A stretch of DNA of 64,000 nt. Origin: Marsupella aquatica (Eukaryota > Plantae > Marchantiophyta). Made by a program: the position numbers and the translations under genes. The notes under the pieces were generated by a model, which was not told the DNA's origin, made no database searches, and saw only the letters and a program-made list of their open reading frames with translations. Below, one piece after another: positions 38,130-50,351 of this stretch (positions are counted from its first letter, which is position 1; every line of letters begins with the position of its first letter). The stretch spans positions 16,968,170 to 17,032,169 of the forward strand of contig OZ316895.1 of the NCBI GenBank assembly GCA_973895155.1, given 5' to 3'.

Positions 38130-39517
38130 AATTCAATTCAGGTGTCCATGGGCGATGTTTATTGCTCGCAGTACTTAAAGCTCCTCAGAAAACAACAAAA
38201 TGAACTACCTACATTATTATTTGCACTTTTGTTTTTAAGATAGTTTGATCGTTCTCTAGTACATACAATGTATAGCTCCCAATCTGCTGTCATGTACCGC
38301 TGGAGTGTGCCAGGCATAGACTTCATTGCATTTGTGGTGGGGAATCCGAGCCACTACTCTCCCTAACTAATCGTTGAGGTGAAAGGGCGATTGGTCTTTA
38401 TATCTTCCTTTGATGGAGTTTGAATATAGAAAAATGCCCAAAACTTGCATTATCTTTGGATCACTGATATACCAATTGAGGGTTTTGGGATTTCTTTGCA
38501 TATCCTAAAGCATTTTGACAAAATCTGGTTGTGCTAGCAAAGCTCTTGTTCTAGGGTCTGTCTGAATCTTTGCCCACACCTCAGGGCCCTGAAAAATATT
38601 GGCAAATGGCAACCCCTGGCCCTTATAGGCGGTCCTTTGGCTTTGACAGTGGCCGCCTCAGCCCCTTATATTGTCTGCCCTTTGAGCCACTGATCAACTG
38701 AGTTGTTCGGTTGCCTGAGCTCCTGTGTTTGCTGAGTTGTAGTTGGGCAGGACCTGCAAGAGTTGCGATCGAGGAGGAGATAAAGGTAGGGAGAACCATG
38801 CATGTTTTCTTGCCTTCATGATCCATCCCATTTTTTTGTGGCTTCAAATGAGGCTTACTTAGCCATATTAAGTGACGGACATTTATGTTGTTGTCTCTCT
38901 TGCCCGAGTCCCTGTTAGTTGGAGTCATTACATCCCTAGATTTTGTACACCTTGGCCATCCTTTGTTTTTCTTCTTGCTTGTCCTGGATTTTTGCATCTT
39001 GGATCTACCTGCATAATGCAATTTGCAATGTGTCTTTGTAATTTCTGGTCGTTGCTTTGTATGGCACAGTCATTTTGGATTTTGTTTGAACCTGGTATTA
39101 CCTATGCTGGAGGCGTTATCGGGTCTTAGGTCCACTCACAATGATTTTAGACCACACCTGAGCTGTTGGATTGTTTTTCATCTTTGTTGGCGTGGGATTC
39201 ACATACATTATATAACGTTGAATGAATAGACTATCATTTATGTCTGGTCATAGTTCAATTTTTATATTTCCTTATACTTTGCTTATTGTGGACTATTGGG
39301 CAATAGATTCATTTCCTCTACATGAACATTCATCCAATTGGAGGTGAACATGAGGTGAACATTGGAGCTGCAAAGACCTGCAAGGTGAGTTATGACAATG
39401 TTTGTGGTTCAAGGTGAGCTTCATTTTTGGTTTGTTCTTTTGTAGTCCTGAGTTTTCTGTTGTATGTTGTTTAGGGTTGGGTCTGCCTTGGCCTTAAGTA
39501 AATATACAATACACCTG

Positions 39518-39782
39518 GCCTTGCTTGGGTACTGTTACACAGGACATTTAGTGTTACTTGAGCCCTTTAGGGGCTGTGGCCACTCGGCTTGTACTTCTGA
39601 CATGGTGGACTGTATTTACTGGCAGTATTGTTCTGGTTTGGCGGCTGTTAGGTTTTCTGTTGGCCCCGTGTAGGGGCCTCCCTGTTGTCCTCTTTGAGGT
39701 GGTGTTGCTTTGCGTTTTTCTGGTGCTGTGTGCTTCCCCCCATCCGTGGGTTTTTCGCAGTTTTATTATTAAAGAAAAAAAA
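39518..39782 (+). mobile_element. Short 5'-truncated non-LTR (LINE/SINE) insertion with TSD
   Basis: Direct repeat AAATATACAATACACCTG at 39500-39517 and 39792-39809; the insert ends in ATTAAAGAAAAAAAA. Confidence 0.75.
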
Positions 39783-40249
39783 TTTCCAAGGAAATATACA
39801 ATACACCTGTTTTCCTTTAGTCTATTGTTTTTCTTAGTCTTCTTTTGTCATCCCTGTATCTCTCTATATGTGAACTTTGACAATTCTCATCTCCTTGTCG
39901 AGCTCCCTGTGTATCATTGCCCATTTGTTTTTTGTTTTTTTAATGAGAACTCTGACTTATCCCCTATTGATTGAGAGGACAATTTACTCTTGCTTGTTTC
40001 CATTGCCTTAGGTCCTGAATTTCCTTTGATCCTTCCTATCATTGGATGTTGTGTCATTGGCCACGTATTCCTGTTTGTGTTTCCTGCTCATCACTATTTA
40101 AATCATCATTGCCCAAGTACTTGAAAATTGGACCTGCTTAGAATGCTTGAGGCCATGAACTCCTCAATAGAATAACCCATTAAATCCATACATTTATGTA
40201 AAAACTAGAATTCAGCTGTATTGCATACACTAGAAGAAAACAGGGCCCT

Positions 40250-40615
40250 TTATGACCAATCACCCAATGACAGAGATGAATAAATGACCAAAAGTTTTAA
40301 TGACACAAAAAGAATGACGGGGAATGACTATCCACAATGACCAATAGACTGAAATGACAAAATGTTAATTTTTTTGTCATTTTGTATAATGTCTATAATG
40401 ACTGATGCGACCAAAATGACCCAATTTCCCTAAATGGTCAATTTAGACACATGTCTTAAATGACACAATTAATAACAACAATGATAAATCAGTGTTTAGC
40501 AACATTATAGTCACTCTGGACAATGACTGAAATGACCAAAAATCTATTTGCATCATTTTGGACAACGGTGATAAATGACAAAAAATGTATTATCGTCATT
40601 TTAACCAACGGTGTT
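40250..40615. repeat. CACTA left subterminal repeats (AATGAC/GTCATT)
   Basis: Many copies of the hexamer in both orientations. Confidence 0.85.
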
Positions 40616-41135
40616 AAATGACAAAATTTAGGGTCAATCTGAAAATGAGAATATATCAGTGTTTACAACAACATATTGTCATTATGGACTTATGCCATAA
40701 ATGACTAACTCTAGGGTCAATCTTGAAATTAGGACATATTAGTGTTTACAAGAACATACCGTCATTATGGACTTCTCTCATAAATGACAAAATTTAGGGT
40801 CAATCTGAAAATGAGAATATATCAGTGTTTACAACAACATATTGTCATTATGGACTTCTGCCATAAATGACTAACTCTAGGGTCAATCTTGAAATTAGGA
40901 CATATCAGTGTTTACAAGAACATACCGTCATTATGGACTTTTCTCATAAATGACTAACTCCATAGTCAATCTTGAAATTAGGATATATCGGTGTTTTCAA
41001 CAACATACTATCCTTATGGACTTGTCGCATAAATGACTAAATATAGGGTTAATCTAAAAATCAGGATATATCAATGTTTACAATAACATACAGTCATTAT
41101 GGACTTATTACATAAATGACTACTTATAGAGTCAT
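40616..41135. repeat. 83-bp tandem repeat x6, organised as an A/B 166-bp dimer
   Basis: GGGTCAATCT-like anchors at 40631, 40714, 40797, 40880, 40963 and 41046; alternating variants. Confidence 0.9.
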
Positions 41136-41199
41136 TAAAGAACCCAAGAGATATGAAGATTAAAATACTCAATAGTCATTCCAGACACCTATCATAATT

Positions 41200-44100
41200 G
41201 TAGAGTCATACACCTTTGGAGTGATTTTCCAGAAGTGTCATCATATATAGATGCGCGCATACTATCGTATCCATGGGGCAAATGAAACCTTTTTGTCTCT
41301 CCAAGAAGTAGGGCAATACCAATGGAAGGTTGTCATGCTTTGTTGTAATTGTGTCATGTTTGTGCCGGTGTTTAGACGGGGAATATTTTAATTTGCAAAT
41401 AAATGCATGCATACCATCACATCCAAAGGCAAATAAAAGTTGTTTTTTGGTTCTCCAAGAGGTAGTGCTGCCCCAATGGAATGGGCAGGGGAGTCATGCT
41501 TTTAGGGTATGGTGTGGGTGCAGATTAGGGAAGAGGAATATTCCAACCTTGCAAGGAATCTAAAGCTGGCTCTCTTTGGAGGTACTAGGGCCTTTATTGG
41601 GTCATATGTGAGCAATGGCCCGTCATAAATGCCAATGACTAAAAGTAGGGCCATTAAAATTGTCATATGGAGAGTCATATCAGTCTAATGACTGGATTTG
41701 TGGTCATTTGAGGGGTCCCTTATGTAGTCATTAAGGAAAAGCACAAATGACCATTTTGGGGCTAGGGGCTTGAGGTGGGCCCTAGAGTGCCATGGGCCCC
41801 ACATAGAGGTGAGAACCCCTCCACTGCGTGCGGGACACTATACTCATCATTGTCCAACCACTAGTTGCGACATAAACACTTTGGACACAAGTTTTTGTGT
41901 TTCCTTAAGGCATGATGCACCTTTGGGGAAATCACTCCCAATTCGTACGACTTTGGAGTGATTTGCCAAAAGTGTTGCCATGCATGCACACCATCACATA
42001 CAAAGGCAAATAAAAGTTGTTTTTGGGTTCTCCAAGAGGTGGTGCTGCACCAATGGAATGGGCAGGGGAGTCGTGCTTCTCAGTATGGTGTGGGTGCGGA
42101 TATAGGGAAGAGGAATATTCCAATCTTGCAAGGAATCTAAAGCTGGCTTTAGTTGGAGGTACTAGGGCCTTTATTGGGTCATATGTGAGCAATGGCCCGT
42201 CATAAATATCAATGACTAAAAGCAGGGTCATTAAAACTGTCATATGGAAAGTCATATCAGTCTAATGACTGGATTTGTGGTCATTTGAGGGGTCCCTTAT
42301 GCAGTCATTAAGGAAAAGCACAAATGACCAGTTTGGGGCTAGGGGCTGGAGGTGGGCCCTAGAGTGCCATGTGGCCCCACATAGAGGTGAGAACCCCTCC
42401 ACTGCGTGCGGGACACTATACTCATCATTGTCCAACCACTAGTTGCGACATAAACACTTTGGACACATGTTTTTGGGTTTCCTTAAGGCACGATGCACCT
42501 TTGGGGAAATCACTCCCAAGTCGTACGACTTTGGAGTGATTTGCCAAAAGTGTTGCCATGCATGCACACCATCACATCCAAAGGCAAATAAAAGTTGTTT
42601 TTTGGTTCTCCAAGAGGTGGTGCTGCACCAATGGAATGGGCAGGGGAGTCGTGCTTCCCTGTATGGTGTGGGTGCGGGTTTAGGGAAGAGGAATATTCCA
42701 ACCTTGCAAGGAATCTAAAGCGGGCTCTCTTTGGAGGTACCAGGGCCTTTATTGGGTCATATGTGAGCAATGGACCGTCATAAATATCAATGACTAAAAG
42801 CAGGGTCATTAAAACTGTCATATGGAAAGTCATATCAGTCTAATGACTGGATTTGTGGTCATTTGAGGGGTCCCTTATGCAGTCATTAAGGAAAAGCACA
42901 AATGACCAGTTTGGGGCTAGGGGCTGGAGGTGGGCCCTAGAGTGCCATGTGACCCCACATAGAGGTGAGAACCCCTCCACTGCGTGCGGGACACTATACT
43001 CATCATTGTCCAACCACTAGTTGCGACATAAACACCTTGGACACATGTTTTTGCGTTTACTTAAGGCATGATGCACCTTTGGGGAAATCACTCCCAAGTC
43101 GTATGACTTTGGAGTGATTTGCCAAAAGTGTCACCATGGATGCATACCACTGTTCCAAACGCAAATGAAGCCCTTTTTTGTCTCTCCAAGAGGTAGCGCA
43201 ACACCAATGGAATGGGTGTGGCAGTGGTGCTTCCCTCTATGATGTGTCTGATGTTTAAAGGTATACGATTATTCTATTTTTGCAAGGAATGTAGAGCGGG
43301 CTCTCTCTGGCGGTGCTAGGACCTTCTTTGGGTCATTTTTTAACAAAGTCATGTCATAAGTGTCAATGACCACAAGTAGGGTCATTGAATTGGTCATATG
43401 GGATGTCATATAATTCAAATGACTGGACTTGTTGTCATTTGAGGGGTCTCTAGTGCAGTCATTGAAGATAAGCATGAATGACCAATTTGGAGCTAAGGGC
43501 TGGAGGTGGGCCCTAGAGTGCCATGTGGCACCACATAGAGCTCGCAACCCCTCCACTAGGTGTCAAATACTATAATTACTATTCTCCAACCACTAGTTGC
43601 ACCATTAGCAGTTTGGAGCCATGTTTTTGTGTTTACTTAAGGGATGATATAATCTTGGGGAAATCACTCCCAAGTCGTACGACTTTGGAGTGATTTGCCA
43701 AAAGTGTCACCATTGATGCATACCATCCTATCTAAAGGAAATGAAGCCATTTTTTTTGTCTCTGCAAGAAGTAGTGCAAGGCTGTTGTCCTTCCATGTAA
43801 TTGTGTCATGTTTGTGCCGGTGTTTGGATGGGGAATATTCTATTTTGCAAATGAATAGTGATGGGGCACTCAAGAAGGTAGTGTAATCTTCATTGAGTCA
43901 TTTCTGAAAAAATTGGTGTCATAAATACCAATGATTACAAGTAGGGTCATTAAATCTGTCATATGGGCTGTCACATAAGTCAAATGACTGGATTTGTGGT
44001 CATTTGAGGGGTCCCTTGTGCAATCATTAAGCAGAAGCACAAATGACCAGTTTGGGGCTAGGGGCTGGAGGTGGGCCCTAGAGTGCCATGGGGCCCCACA

Positions 44101-45400
44101 TAGAGGTGAGAACCCCCTCCACTAGGTGCGGGACACTATACTCATCATCGTCCAACCACTAGTTGTGTCATAAACACTTTGGACACATGTTTTTGCATTT
44201 ACTTAAGGCATGATGCACCTTGGGGAAATCACTCCCAAGTCATACAACTTTGGAGTGATTTGCCAAAAGTGTCACCATGGATGCATACCACCGTATCCAA
44301 GCGCAAATGGAGCCATTTTTTGTCTCTCCAAGAAGTAGCGCAACACCAATGGAAGGTTGTCATCTTGTGATGTAATTGTGTCATGTTTGTGCCGGTGTTT
44401 GGATGAGGAATACTCCATTTTGCATATGAATAGTGTCGGGGCATTGTGAGTAGGTGTTGTAATCTTCATTGGGTCATTTTGGAGGAATAGTGTGTCATTA
44501 ATGCCAAAGACTGCAGTAAGGGTCATTTTGGCAGTCCTTTTGGAAGTCATTTGTGCCAAATGACTCCATATGGGGTCATTATAGAGGTCCCTCATGGTGT
44601 CATTACGTACCATCAGAAATGACCCTTTTGGGTCTAGGAGCTTAAGGTGGCCCTAGTGTGCCATGGGGCTCTACATGAAGGTGGCAACCTCTCCACAAGG
44701 TGCGGGGTACTATACCCACCGTACTATTCTCCAACCACTAGTTGCACCATGAGCACTTTGGAGCCATGTTTTTGCAATTACTTAAGGGATGATGCAACCT
44801 TGGGGAAATCACTCCCAAGTCATACAACTTTGGAGTGATTTGCCAAAAGTGTCACCATGCATGCATACCATCCTAAGTCATGCATACAAAAATTGTTTTT
44901 GTCTCTCCAAGAGGTATATAGTGCAATACTAGTGGAAGACTATGTCCTTCTATATAACTATGTCATGTTTGTGCCGATATTTGGATTTTGGATATATTCT
45001 ATTAAATTCCAAAGGAATTGTAAAGGGGCACTCCGAGAGGTAGTATACTCTTCATTGGGTCATTTTCACATAATGTGTGTCATTAATGCCAATGACTACA
45101 ATAAGGGTCATTTTGGTAGTCAGTTAGAGGTCATTTGGAGCAATTGACTGCATATGTGGTCATTAGAGAGGTCCCTCATGGTGTGTCATTAATGGAAACA
45201 CCTCAAATTAGGGTAATCTTGGTTGTCATACTAGAGGTCAGAAGTACCAAATGACTGGAAATGTGGTCTTTACAAAGGCTATTGGGGGGTTCTCTTTGGA
45301 GGTACAAGGGAGTTCATTGGGTCATTTGTGAATTAAATGGTGCTTCAATCTGAGGACTAAACGTGGGGTCACTCACGCTGTCATATTGGAAGCCATTAAT
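41200..45400. repeat. Tandem array of a 565-580 bp unit (about 7 copies), each with a 36-bp palindrome
   Basis: TTGGGGAAATCACTCCCAAGTCGTACGACTTTGGAGTGATTTGCCAA at about 41923, 42501, 43079, 43656, 44220 and 44800, with a partial copy at 41216. Confidence 0.92.
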
Positions 45401-45777
45401 GTTGGCATATTGGAGGTCATATAGTCATGGGAAGGCTCACTTATTAATGCTTTGGTGTAATGCTCTCAAAAACTCTTACACAACATAGCCTCATATGTAG
45501 TGGTCATGTAGCATGTAAGGGACCCAATAATTGTGCTTGAGTCATGAATGAGGGTTTCTCTCAATTGAGTCAGGAGTGGAGAGCTATTAAATGCTAATAT
45601 TTTGGATGAGTATCACTATCATATGGTGAGACAATAAGGTAGTCCAAAATGGTGTTCATGCATGCGGGTTATGGGTTTATATCGCGGGCATATATCGGAC
45701 ATTTTATATCGCTAGCATCATTTTTTATATATAACATTGGTCCTTAACATTCTTGTTGGCACCAACACAAACAGCCA

Positions 45778-45965
45778 TGACCTTATGGGGGGGTCATGAC
45801 ATTATGAGTTATTAACCTTGCCTTCCCTACTTAGGGCCTTATGGGGGCGTCCGGACCTTGTTATTAACCTCTATAGTCGGTATTTCCCTAGGGCCTTATG
45901 GGGGGGGGGGGGTTACATTGTTATTAACCTAGTCTCAACTTCCCTAGGGCCTTATGGGGGGTCCA
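45778..45965. repeat. Short G-rich repeat (CCTTATGGGGG..TTATTAACCT) x4
   Basis: Four copies of CCTTATGGGGG at about 57-bp spacing. Confidence 0.75.
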
Positions 45966-46534
45966 GACATGTGAGAGATATTGTCAGAATATAACCCTAA
46001 TTAATGACCCACAATATCCACCATCCCCATCCAACAGAATACCTTACCTTTACGGGGTTTAGGGGTCCAGCATTAGGTTTTTCCCGCTAAGTGTTCTTGC
46101 GTACCAACAGGAGCCCTTTTTCCTGAAAAAACATCGAGAGGGCAACGCTCGATGTGCTCATTTCTTGGCATACCTTTGTGTGCACATTGCAAGGGCTTAG
46201 GGTTGCGCAGCGTTGTGCTCCATTCCACCAAGCTTCGACACCCTTCGAAGCGTTGGGCGAGGCATTGTTCGGGCAAGCATTGGGTGAGGCATTGTTTGAG
46301 TGAAGCGTTGGACGTGGCATTGTTTTAGTGACCATTTGCAAGGTTTAGAGGAGGAGCTCCGACCCGAAGCCATTCAGGCTACAATTGTTTTTGAGCTTGT
46401 TGCGCGCGGTCGGCGGAGCACCTCGGTAGGACTTGGGAGCTTCTTTGGAGGACCCTGCGCTTTGGAGGACATTCGGGCTTTGGAGTGCCCGATTGCAGGG
46501 TCAAGGCAATAGCTTCTTTACATTTGTCATTGTT

Positions 46535-46745
46535 GCGGGTGAGGAGCGGAGGATGAGCTGCAATCGGCGATAAGCTGCGGGTGAGGAGCGGAGGATGAGC
46601 TGCAATCGGCGATAAGCTGCGGGTGAGGAGCGGAGGACGACCTACAATCGGCGATAAGCTGCGGGCGAGGAGCGGAGGACGACCTACAATCGGCGATAAG
46701 CTGCGGGTGAGGAGCGGAGGACGAGCTACAAATCAGTGACGAGTT
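46535..46745 (+). repeat. 42-bp CpG-rich tandem repeat x5 in the probable CACTA promoter/5' leader
   Basis: GCGGGTGAGGAGCGGAGGATGAGCTGCAATCGGCGATAAGCT at 46535, 46577, 46619, 46661 and 46703. Confidence 0.92.
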
Positions 46746-49094
46746 GCAATCAGCAGCAAGCTACAATCGGCAAGAAGCTGTGGGTGAGGAGTTGCAATCG
46801 GCGAGAACCTACAGGAGGTTCCATCAAGGAGCTGCGAGAACTTATATCTGTGGGAGCGAGTTTGGGCTGAGGTGCGAGAAGGTCAGTTGTGCAATTTTGC
46901 GCTTCTTCCCCTTCTGGCCATTTGTTCATTCTGCATTTTTGCTTTGCTTTTGCCAATGTGCTACCAATGTGCTGTCAGTCCATGAATCCAATGTTGCCTT
47001 CTTGTTCTGTTGCTTAGTGTCTGCTAGTATGCTTATGGCAATGACAGAGAAGCTCCGATTGCTAAGAGACTATTTGCTCTCTCTTTCTCGCTCTCTCTGT
47101 CCCTCTCTCTCTAAGTGCTTGAGTTTTGCACCAGTTTTTGAATGTCTACAATGTTGAGTTCCCTTTGCAGAGAAATGTGAATGCAGTTTTCGAATGTCTA
47201 GAATGTTGAGTTCCCTGACGTGATGCGATGGAGCATCCTGGACGCGCACTGATTGTAGCAGTTGTGCATGTCGTCGGCACTGTCATGGATTGGAGAAGGA
47301 AATCCCATAGAACTAGCCATTGCACTTTCTCGCACAATGCCTGCATTTCCTTCCCTGTACCATGCTAGCTCCACTGCGACCTTCCACTGCTATCTATGTT
47401 GATTCCTTCCACTGCTACAAAATTCTGCTTTGCAATGGCATCCCAATGCTCATATGTCCCAGTAAAATTCGGGTAGACATAAGTATTAGGCGCGGACTCT
47501 TCTCTCTCTGCCTGCCCAAGATCAGGGTTTACTGGTTCTAATTGCTAATTCAGTCCCCATTTAGAAAGACCTAAGAAATTTAACTATCTTCGAGCTTTAT
47601 TGTTTGTTTTGGCAAAATCTTCCCTTGCGGCAAGCAGCTGAGGCCCAGCGTCCACGATGTCCAATACATTTTTCAAGACATAAGTAAGCTGGCTGGGAAA
47701 TGCCTTTCTCCTCAATCTCAAGAGATGATTTTTCGATCTGGAGTCTGCTCACGTATTGCTCTTGCTTGTCCAGAACCTGAACGGCTATTTACCACAACTG
47801 AATCAAGTGCCCGAGTTCTGACCAAGTTGTCCTTTGTCTGTCTGCTGTTGATTTCTGATTGCTACTTGTTGGATTTGTCTGCTATGTTCAGTTCAGTTTG
47901 TTGTCTTGTTGTCGTCTGACAATCTTTGTGGTGCAAGGTGAGCTTGATCTCTTATTATTACAATGTAGTCCTTAGTTTTCCATTGTATGATGTTTTCCTT
48001 AGTTTGTCTATGTTCCTCAATGAATTGGTTTCCTTACTCTTCTTTTGACATCCCTCTGTATCATAGCCCTTTTGTTTTCTCTTTTTTTTACTGAAGAGAA
48101 GTGCAGGCATGTATGGTGAATCCTCACTTGATTCCAGCAGCGACTCTGTAGAATTTTGTCGCCAAAAAGTTTCAGAGTTTCGTGTGTGGTTTGCCAACTG
48201 CTGTGCCACCTCAGAGAATTCCTTAGTGGCTTTTGTACAAGCCTTGCTCTTCAACTATGGTAATTTACAGCTAACTGTCTGATGTTCACACAACATCCAT
48301 ACACAGCAATGAATACAACTCCATGAATACAGCCACATGATTTCCTTTGGTCTGCAAACTGGACGAAACTAAACTAAAATCAGCTTGGTCAATTTTAAAT
48401 TCTTCGTAAGGGTCTCTGACAGCAGCCCGGTATAGTCATTTGTGCACGAAGATAGAGTACGGTGCAGCTTTTGAAAAAGTGGGTGGACCAGCAGCTTGTT
48501 GAGAGTAAAGCAACTTATGGTTCTGTAACAGATGTGTGCAGCAGCTTAAGATGTAGAAGGCACACAATAAAACTTGATTTTTACAGATTTAAAAAAGGGC
48601 AGGGTGAGTGAGCACTGCATGTTGAACTCACAGGTCCGAATCTTGATTTGATTTCGCTGCTAAAATTCGTATCTCTTGCCTGAGTCCCAGTTTGCTGGAG
48701 TTTTGTTGCTCTCTGTGCTTTGTTGTGCACATTGTTGTGTTTGCTCTGTCCATTTTAAAACTTGAGAGCCAAATGAATGCTTTGCTGAAACTCAATTTCT
48801 ATTTGTTCTGTGTTACCCTTACAGATTTTAAAAAGGCAGTGTGAGTGAGCACTGCTGTACAGCAAGCAAAGGCATACAGGTTGCAATATTTGTGATTGCT
48901 TCCAATCATCTAGGCCAAGGTTATTTGCGCTGCTCAATCCTAAATGCTTTGCCATCTATAAAGCATTGGTTTATGTTGCACCCTTGTGGTTACATGTCAT
49001 ATTTTATGCTGCACCCTCATTCTTTTGTGTCATACTGCACCCTGTTATTCCTTCTTGTTTCACAATCTGATGTAGGGTCTGAGTGTGCAGGACC

Positions 49095-49754
49095 ATGGCT
49101 CGCAATAAGCAGAAGGCCATGAATCGTTGCAGAGGTGAATCCTCTCAAGCACCTCAATTGTCCTTATATTCAGACATTGAGATTAACCAGAATAGTCCAC
49201 ATGTATGTGCGATTTGTGATGAGGGAGGGGATCTCATTGTTTGTGATGGGCCTTGCCACCGACATTTCCATAAGAATGTTTCCTGTCCTTTGGGTCAGCA
49301 ATGGCTATGCCCAACTATATCCCTCGCTGATGGCCATGTTGGAGAATGGCTTTGTGTTGATTGCAAGAATGAGGAACATTCTTGCTTTAAGTGCCATGTG
49401 TCTGGAAAAATTGGTGAAGAGGTAAGAAAATGTCCAGACTCTCTCTGTGCCCGGTTTTACTGTCGGCAGTGTTTGGTTCATGGCACAGCATCATGTGGAC
49501 TCCATATTTGTCTTACTTGTGGACAGGGGCCCAATGATGGGGCTAATGGCTTTTTGGTTCAGTGCATGAGGTGTCCTAAGGCATGGCACAAAGACTGCCT
49601 GCTGTTTATCCAGCAGAGGGGATTTGCCCATGATCGAACAATTTGGGATCACTCAGCACATGGGCAGCCCAAGAAGGGGATGTTTTAATGTCCTGACCAT
49701 GACATTGACCCTACACTAGGCACTCTTGCTAGGAGCCACATATCTTGGATTTGA
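49095..49754 (+). pseudogene. EDM2-like triple (composite) PHD-finger protein carried by the CACTA; premature TAA near the C-terminus
   Basis: VCAICDEGGDLIVCDGPCHRHFH..C..WLCVDCKNEEHSCFKC..EVRKC..CARFYC..C..CGLHICLTC..QCMRCPKAWHKDCL..RTIWD..MF*CPDHDIDPTLGTLARSHISW is colinear with the recalled EDM2 PHD region, which ends YCQEHEIDEELLTPVRDH. ATG at 49095 follows a GTGCAG acceptor; no introns. Confidence 0.8.
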
Positions 49755-50351
49755 TTGAGGCTGGATCGAACACAAACTTGAGATAGAGCTTTTTGATGGT
49801 TTCACGTGGACTTAAACAATTTTCAAAGTGCTAAAACATGTGGACTATTTATATGCAGTTTGATGAACTCCTCATGTATACACACTCTACGACAGTGCAT
49901 TGCGGATTGAGGCAATTAATTTTGAGAAATCAACTTTATTATCTTTTCCAGGGTAGGATTCTGATTTTCAAGCATGTACTTTGAGTGTGACTTTCCTCCA
50001 TATTGATGTCTAAACTTCACTTGTAAATTTGTCACTGGTGTCACAAACATTACTTATTCCAGACCTGTCTGCTCACATTCCTAATAGGCAAACAAATACT
50101 GGAAATGATGAAGGCACAGAGATTTACGTTCATAGTATCATTCTGATGACACTGTATGTGATGCTCTATTTGTATGCAAGGAGAAGGTGCCCTACTACAG
50201 TGGATTTGAGAAACTGGGCTCTGTGGGTTTGAGCAATTGGACTGTGGTTGGCATCGGTTGTACAACTGTGACGGTAGGCCCAATTTTGTATGCATGTCAC
50301 TCTGATTCAGTTTGAAAATCATAGTTTGAATACAATTTCAATCAAGCTAGC

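Noticed and set aside
38600-39230. Possible LINE ORF2 3' remnant
   Set aside because: Only vague compositional hints; no convincing RT or zinc-finger motif.
41932-42833. Duplicated 107-aa ORFs (MTFHMTVL..) as genes
   Set aside because: By-products of the 578-bp tandem unit; not open in the other units; no recognisable domain.
41200-45400. CRISPR-like array (regularly spaced palindromic repeats)
   Set aside because: The intervening segments are about 530 bp and homologous to each other rather than unique spacers; there are no cas genes and the context is a eukaryotic TE.
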